Source: an uncultured Bacteroidales bacterium (GTDB taxonomy: Bacteria > Bacteroidota > Bacteroidia > Bacteroidales > VadinHA17). Taken from it: a stretch of 64,000 nucleotides of DNA. The translations under genes were made by a program, and so were the position numbers. Below the pieces are notes generated by a model. The model made no database searches. It saw only the letters and a program-made list of their open reading frames with translations, and was not told the DNA's origin. Shown piece after piece: positions 58,577-64,000 of this stretch (positions within the stretch are counted from its first letter, which is position 1; every line of letters starts with the position of its first letter). Location of the stretch: contig CAVOKP010000017.1 in assembly GCA_963696535.1 (NCBI GenBank), forward strand, positions 20,440 through 84,439, read 5' to 3'.

Positions 58577-59266
58577 ATGAAAAAGAAGAGGATGTTATTA
58601 TTAGCTATTGTTGTACCCGGATTATTACCATTTATTTCTGTTTTTTCACAGGAAGGCTCTGAATCCGGATTCAGCGTCGGTTCAGATTTTTACAGCAGCT
58701 ATATCTGGAGAGGCACAAAATATGGATCAGGTCCGGCGGTTCAGCCATCATTGAAATATTCAAATGATTGGTTTACAATTGGCGCATGGGGATCATTTGA
58801 CTTTTCGGAGTACCAGGAAGCTGATCTCTTCTTTTCTGTTGCACTCCCTGCAGGATTCAGCCTGGGCATTACGGATTATTATTTTCCGGGGATGGAATAT
58901 AGTGACTATTCCGAGGCTTCAGGCAGTCATGCTTTTGAACTTAACGGGGGATTTACTGCAGGGAATCTCAACCTGACTGCAAATTATATTTTTAACAAGG
59001 CTGGAGGAGCAGGTTCGTCAGGCGGGGACAAATATTTTCAGGCCGGGTATTCCTTTAAGTACTTCAATATTTTCCTTGGTGCCGGCGATGGCTGGCATAC
59101 TTATGACAGCGAAACCGGGGAAAGTAATTTTGCTGTATGCAATCTGGGTATTGGGACTTCAAGGACAATTAAAGTGACAGATTCTTTTAATATACCGGTA
59201 GCCGGGCAGGTTATATTTAATCCCGATAAAAATCAGATGTTCCTTGTTGTCGGATTTACACTTTGA
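58577..59266 (+). CDS. small outer-membrane beta-barrel protein (TorF/Gcw_chp-like putative porin)
   Basis: Signal peptide, alternating beta-strand pattern and a C-terminal aromatic-rich strand (MFLVVGFTL). It precedes the ammonium transporter. Confidence 0.65.
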   Translation: MKKKRMLLLAIVVPGLLPFISVFSQEGSESGFSVGSDFYSSYIWRGTKYGSGPAVQPSLKYSNDWFTIGAWGSFDFSEYQEADLFFSVALPAGFSLGITDYYFPGMEYSDYSEASGSHAFELNGGFTAGNLNLTANYIFNKAGGAGSSGGDKYFQAGYSFKYFNIFLGAGDGWHTYDSETGESNFAVCNLGIGTSRTIKVTDSFNIPVAGQVIFNPDKNQMFLVVGFTL

Positions 59267-59350
59267 CCTATTTTCTTTATCTGGCACTTCCCGGGAAGTT
59301 GTCAGATAGCAAATATAAATATTGATTATTGATAAATTAAACTATCTGCT

Positions 59351-60683
59351 ATGAAAAAAAGATTGAAAAAGAGTATGGTGATCCTGATTTTATTGTTTAT
59401 GAGTATTACAGGATTGATTGCTTCAGACGGAACTGAGATTGACACCGGAGCGACAGCCTGGATGCTGACATCAACGGCTTTGGTTTTACTTATGATCCCC
59501 GGGCTGGCAATGTTTTACGGCGGACTTGTACGTTCAAAGAATGTGCTTGGCACTGTGATGCATAGTTTTGTTGCAATGGGTATAATAACTGTATTGTGGA
59601 TTATTGTCGGATACAGCATGTGTTTCGGGACAAAACACCCTTGGAGGATTTTTTGGATGGAACACCGATTATTTTTTCCTTAAGGGGATTGATACTAATA
59701 TCCTGGAAGCAAAAGTCCCGGAATATGTCTTCTCCATGTTCCAGCTCAAGTTTGCAATTATTACGCCGGCATTGATAGCCGGAGCTTTTGCGGAGAGGGT
59801 TAATTTTAAGGCATATTGCTTCTTCATTGCATTATGGAGTCTTCTGGTTTATAATCCGCTTTGCCATTGGGTATGGGCAGCAGATGGGTTTCTTTTTAAC
59901 CTTGGTGCAAAAGGGGCAATCGATTTTGCCGGAGGAACAGTCGTTCACATTTCTGCCGGGGTAAGCGGACTTGTTGCTGCATTATTCCTTGGATCGCGCA
60001 GGGGGTACCCTTACCAGGTAATAAGGCCGAATAACCTTGTGATCACAATGCTTGGTGCAGGATTGCTATGGGTGGGATGGTTCGGGTTCAATGCCGGAAG
60101 TTCCGTATCAAGCGGACTAAGCACCGCTCAGGCATTAACCGCAACCCAGGTTGCCGCAGCTGCCGGAGCCCTGACATGGATAATAATCGAAAGTTTCCAT
60201 CAGGGAAAAGCAACTGCCCTCGGATTTGCCAGCGGAATACTTGCTGGTCTGGTAGCCGTTACCCCTGCTGCCGGCGTGGTTCAACCCTATGGAGCAATGA
60301 TCCTCGGAATTCTGGCTTCATCAGTATGCTATATGGCCATTCAAGCTAAAAACAGACTGGGTTATGACGATAGTCTCGACGCATTTGGGATTCATGGCGT
60401 CGGAGGTATTACAGGAGCACTTTTCCTTACATTCTTTATCCGTCCCTCATGGATGGCGGAAGCCGCAGCTGCAAACGGAGGCTCATGGTCAGTCTGGAAC
60501 CAGCTTGGCGTTCAGGCCATTGCCGTTGGAATTGCAATAGCTTTTTCAGCAGGAATGACATTCATGATAATCTTTTTACTGAATAAGTTCATAAGGTTTA
60601 AATCGACAGAAGATGACGAAATGGCCGGTCTCGACAGATCGTATCACGGGGAAAGGGGATACGGAATGCTGAATCCCAGCTGA
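59351..60683 (+). pseudogene. amt: ammonium transporter (Amt family) with a +1 frameshift near 59625
   Basis: ORF 59351..59683 ends with ...IVGYSMCFG, and ORF 59604..60683 continues QNTLGGFFGWNTDYFFLKGI...AFGIHGVGGI. Removing one G from the ggg run restores GYSMCFGQNTLGG. Confidence 0.85.
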
Positions 60684-60708
60684 GGAATAAAATATAAAAT
60701 AAACAGAA

Positions 60709-61059
60709 ATGAAATTAATTACAGCCATAATACGTGAAGTTCAGCTGGATAAAGTCCGTGAGGCGCTTATAGCAGCTGAAATTACCAGAATTACCGTGAG
60801 CCGTGTTTCAGGACATGGCCAGCAGAGAATCGAGGAGATGTACAGGGGTCAGAGGATAATCCCTGACCTGATACCAAAAATCAGGATCGAGATAGGTGTA
60901 AATGAGGATTTTGTTGATATTACTGTCGATGCGATTCTCAGGTCAGCCAGAACAACCGACGGGGAGGAAGGAAACGTCGGCGACGGCAAGATCTTTATCA
61001 CGCCGCTTGAGGAATGCATCAGGATCCGTACCGGGGAAAGGGGCGGGTCGGCGATATAA
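60709..61059 (+). CDS. glnK: P-II nitrogen regulatory protein
   Basis: 116 aa with MKLITAIIREVQLDKVREAL, a T-loop tyrosine (EEMYRG) and GDGKIFITPLEE. It lies adjacent to amt. Confidence 0.9.
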   Translation: MKLITAIIREVQLDKVREALIAAEITRITVSRVSGHGQQRIEEMYRGQRIIPDLIPKIRIEIGVNEDFVDITVDAILRSARTTDGEEGNVGDGKIFITPLEECIRIRTGERGGSAI

Positions 61060-61081
61060 ATCGCGAATTTTTTGTGAAAAT

Positions 61082-61131
61082 AGGGACATGCCATGGCATG
61101 TCCCTTTGGATGGACATGCCATGGCATGTAC
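61082..61131. repeat. two tandem copies of a palindrome with core ACATGCCATGGCATGT
   Basis: agggacatgccatggcatgtccct (61082-61105, perfect 24-mer) and ggacatgccatggcatgtac (61112-61131), between convergent glnK and hcp. Confidence 0.8.
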
Positions 61132-61134
61132 TTA

Positions 61135-62788
61135 TTAATTCAGGAACAATTTAATATCATCCTCAACGGTTCCGATACCGGCAATTCCGAATTTTTCTAT
61201 AAGCACCTTTGCAACATTCGGTGATAGGAATCCGGGAAGGGTCGGTCCCAGGTGGATGTTCTTAATCCCAAGATAAAGAAGCGCAAGCAGATACAATAAC
61301 AGCTTTCTGCTCATACCATGCAATATTGAAAACTATCGGAAGGTCGTTTATGTCTTTCAGATTGAATACCTCTTTCAGCTTAAGAGCAATCACTGCAAGG
61401 GAGTATGAATCGTTGCACTGACCGGCATCGAGGACTCTCGGGATGCCATTGATATCACCAAGCTGAAGCTTGTTGTAGCGGTATTTGGCACATCCTGCCG
61501 TAAGAATTACAGTGTCTTTCGGAAGGGCCTGTGCGAATTCGGTGTAGTAATTGCGGTCCTTAAAGCGGCCATCGCAGCCTGCCATCACAAAGAATTTCTT
61601 AATAGCGCCCGATTTCACTGCATCAACAACCTTATCGGCAAGTGCAATAACCTGGTTATGAGCAAAACCGCCAATAATCTCTCCTTTCTCAATTTCAACG
61701 GGAGGTTTGCATTTTTTTGCATGTTCGATAATTACGGAAAAATCCTTCCGTCCGCCTGCGGGCCTGTCGGCAATATGCCTGAATCCTGCGAATCCTGCAG
61801 CGCCTGTGGTGTAAACTTTATCAAAATATGAAGCATCCTTTTTCGGCGGGACAATGCAGTTTGTTGTAAACAGCACCGGTCCGTTGAAGGTTTCAAACTC
61901 CTCCTTCTGCCTCCACCATGAACTTCCGTAGTTACCCACAAAATGAGTGTACTTTTTGAAGGCAGGATAGTAGTTGGCAGGAAGCATCTCGCTGTGGGTA
62001 TAAACATCAACTCCTGTTCCCTCTGTTTGTTTCAGCAGGTCTTCCATATCCCTCAGGTCGTGTCCGCTGATGAGGATACCCGGATTCTTTCCGACTCCGA
62101 TGTTTACTTTTGTTATTTCAGGATTGCCATATCTGGTTGTATTCGCTTTATCAAGAAGTGCCATTGCAGCAACACCGAATTTTCCGGTCTCAAGTACAAG
62201 GGAAGTCAGCTGATCGGCCCCCAGAGAGTCATCAGTGGTGGCTACCAGCGCATCCTGGATAAACTTGTAAATCGATTTGTCTTCAAATCCAAGATTGTAT
62301 GCATGTTCGGTATATGCAGCCATTCCTTTCACTCCATAGATCACAAGCTCCCTTAATGATCTTATATCTTCATTTCTGGTTGAAAGCACCCCGACCGATA
62401 TGTTCTTTGATTCGAATTCCTCAACAGTGCTGCCTGTCCAGGTTGCTGATTCATGAACAGCATCAGGAACATTTCCGCCTGCCTTGATTAATGATGTCTT
62501 AAGCTCATCCCTGAGCTTAAGTGCTTCCCTCACCCTTACAACAAATCTTTCCTTATCGAAGTTCGCATTGGTGATAGTCATGAAAAGAGAGTCGACAACG
62601 AACTTGTTTGCTGCATCATTTTCGATTCCGAGCTCCCTGAGCCTTGTTGTGTAAAATGAAATTCCCTTTGAAACAAAAACAAGAAGGTCCTGCATATTTG
62701 CAACCTCCCCGGTTTTCCCGCAAACCCCGGCAATTGTGCACCCGGTTCCTTTTGCGGTCTCCTGACACTGAAAACAAAACATACTCAT
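61135..62788 (-). pseudogene. hcp: hydroxylamine reductase / hybrid cluster protein with a frameshift near 61290-61320
   Basis: N-terminal [21 protein letters not shown] 61262..62788 ends ...[10 protein letters not shown] then nonsense. ORF 61135..61323 supplies the conserved tail [30 protein letters not shown]. Confidence 0.85.
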
Positions 62789-62905
62789 ATTAAATTATAT
62801 TTATTGGTTTAAATTATTTTCCGATTGTAATATATCCTTCCTAAGTACCGGTAAGACTTCCTGCCTTAAAGTTCAGCAAAAGAACCAAAATTACCTTACG
62901 GGAAT

Positions 62906-62921
62906 TGTAACATATGTTACA
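62906..62921. promoter_or_regulatory. 16-bp perfect palindrome TGTAAC-ATAT-GTTACA upstream of hcp, a Crp/Fnr(HcpR)-type site candidate
   Basis: It lies 118-133 nt upstream of the hcp ATG. A minus-strand -7 box TAATTTTG (62886-62893) follows it in the hcp direction. Confidence 0.45.
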
Positions 62922-62962
62922 TTTATAGGGTTTTTGAGAAATAATTATTATTTTTCTGACCG

Positions 62963-63592
62963 ATGAATATCACATTCGAAAACATACTTCTTATTGGCTC
63001 GGTCCTATTGGGAATAAGCGTTCTGGTCGGCAAGACATCTTTCCGTCTGGGTGTTCCCACACTGATTCTGTTTGTCATAGTAGGGATGCTGGCTGGATCG
63101 GAGGGTTTCGGTGGGATCAATTTCAGCGATCCGGGTATTGCACGTTTTATTGGAATAGTAGCCCTGAATGTGATACTATTCTCGGGAGGCCTTGAAACGC
63201 GATGGGAGGTTGTAAAGCCTGTTTTCTGGCATGGGCTGACACTTTCGACGGTGGGAGTATTTCTGACAGCTGTTTCGGTCGGTGTTTTTGTGTGGGCTAT
63301 CACCGATTTCACATTTTTTGAAGGATTGCTTCTTGGATCGATTGTATCATCGACCGATGCTGCCGCCGTCTTTTCAATACTCAGGGCAAGAAGCCTGGGA
63401 CTTAAAAAGAATATCCGGGCGACACTTGAGCTTGAGAGCGGAAGCAACGATCCCATGGCCTATTTCCTGACGGTTGCCATAATGGGTCTTATATTATCGG
63501 GGGAGCAGTCGGCCCTGACAATCATTCCCTTATTCATTAAGCAGATGTTGATAGGCGTGGCAATAGGGTTGATTACCGGTAAGCTCGGGAAA
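62963..63592 (+). pseudogene. CPA1-family K+(Na+)/H+ antiporter (NhaP/CvrA-like), N-terminal ~210 codons only
   Basis: LGVPTLILFVIVGMLAGSEG, LFSGGLE and SSTDAAAVFSIL look typical. Recognisable sequence stops after ...GLITGKLGK, where the composition changes. Confidence 0.75.
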
Positions 63593-64000
63593 GAAGCCGC
63601 AACCGCGATCAGCGCAGCCCGGTGTTGTGGCCGCAGGGGCGGAAGATGGCGGCACTGTCAGGCCAAACCATCCGCCTTTGCGCTTCTCCTTGAAGCACGC
63701 CCGCATCTACACCTTCGCAGCTGAAGTGGCACAGGATTAAGTTATTCCGGTGCCTCCGGTAAAGAGGTTCGCGGCAAACCACATACCGAGTATCGACACT
63801 AAAGTCCGCTCGCTTGACAAGCGCCACACTTTGGCGCGTATTGTCACACCGTGACAGTCACAACGTGTTCTGTCTGGTGAATGATCGGGGGGGCCATGCA
63901 AACGATTGCCCCCTAGCATCAAGGCGATCCGGACAAAACTCGGCGTGAGCCAAGTTTCGTCCGGATCGCCCTGATGCTAGGGGGCAATGGGTTGCATGGC
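63593..64000. other. GC-rich segment of foreign character (chimeric join or edge of an acquired element), continuing beyond the window
   Basis: The composition switches visibly; 26 of the last 40 nt are G/C. No convincing ORF is present, and no Bacteroidota-type signals are seen. Confidence 0.7.
63893..64000. repeat. 108-nt hairpin: 48-nt arms with 44 complementary positions, a 3-bp apical stem and a GTGA loop
   Basis: gccatgcaaacgattgccccctagcatcaaggcgatccggacaaaact / cggcGTGAgcca / agtttcgtccggatcgccctgatgctagggggcaatgggttgcatggc. It is cut by the window edge. Confidence 0.85.

Overview
The window looks like a Bacteroidota chromosomal segment. Supporting signs are a SusC/SusD pair, a GH97 enzyme, TAnnTTTG-type -7 promoter boxes, GldL/GldM-like motifs, DapL and Hcp. 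Most of it is core or housekeeping genes: methylmalonyl-CoA mutase, recX, prmC, ribD, trxA, dnaE, rpsP-rimM, tsaC, dapL, an S9 peptidase, a membrane pyrophosphatase, a two-component system next to nhaA, a mutL/tandem-rhomboid/EEP cluster, a seven-gene TetR-TolC-HlyD-ABC efflux operon, a TonB-dependent receptor, a DAK2-DegV fusion, a porin-amt-glnK locus and hcp. I saw no rRNA, tRNA, CRISPR array, transposase, integrase or recognisable defence genes. Five things deserve a second look. (1) The last ~410 nt are GC-rich foreign-looking DNA that truncates a CPA1 antiporter gene. They carry a sigma70-like -35 box with stacked palindromes and a 108-nt near-perfect hairpin cut by the window edge. This is either an assembly chimera or the edge of an acquired element. 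(2) A PadR-linked pair of paralogous membrane proteins is built from exact 60-residue GldL/PorL-like two-helix modules joined to a GldM/PorM-like anchor and domain, away from any gliding/T9SS locus. (3) Several families of intergenic hairpin repeats are unusually dense and fill every spacer of the efflux operon. One nested composite pair shows compensatory base-pair changes. (4) At least eight genes carry frame disruptions: mutB, a thioredoxin-fold gene, a DUF4190-like gene, a hypothetical, padR, amt, hcp and the truncated nhaP. This means either an indel-prone assembly or real gene decay. (5) Candidate regulatory sites include a duplicated 26-nt box next to the two-component system, TetR operators, a Crp/Fnr-like palindrome upstream of hcp, and a 22-nt exact match between an intergenic site and the GH97 coding region. 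CDS coordinates come from the ORF track. Fine-scale coordinates of repeats and sites were counted by hand and may be off by 1-2 nt.
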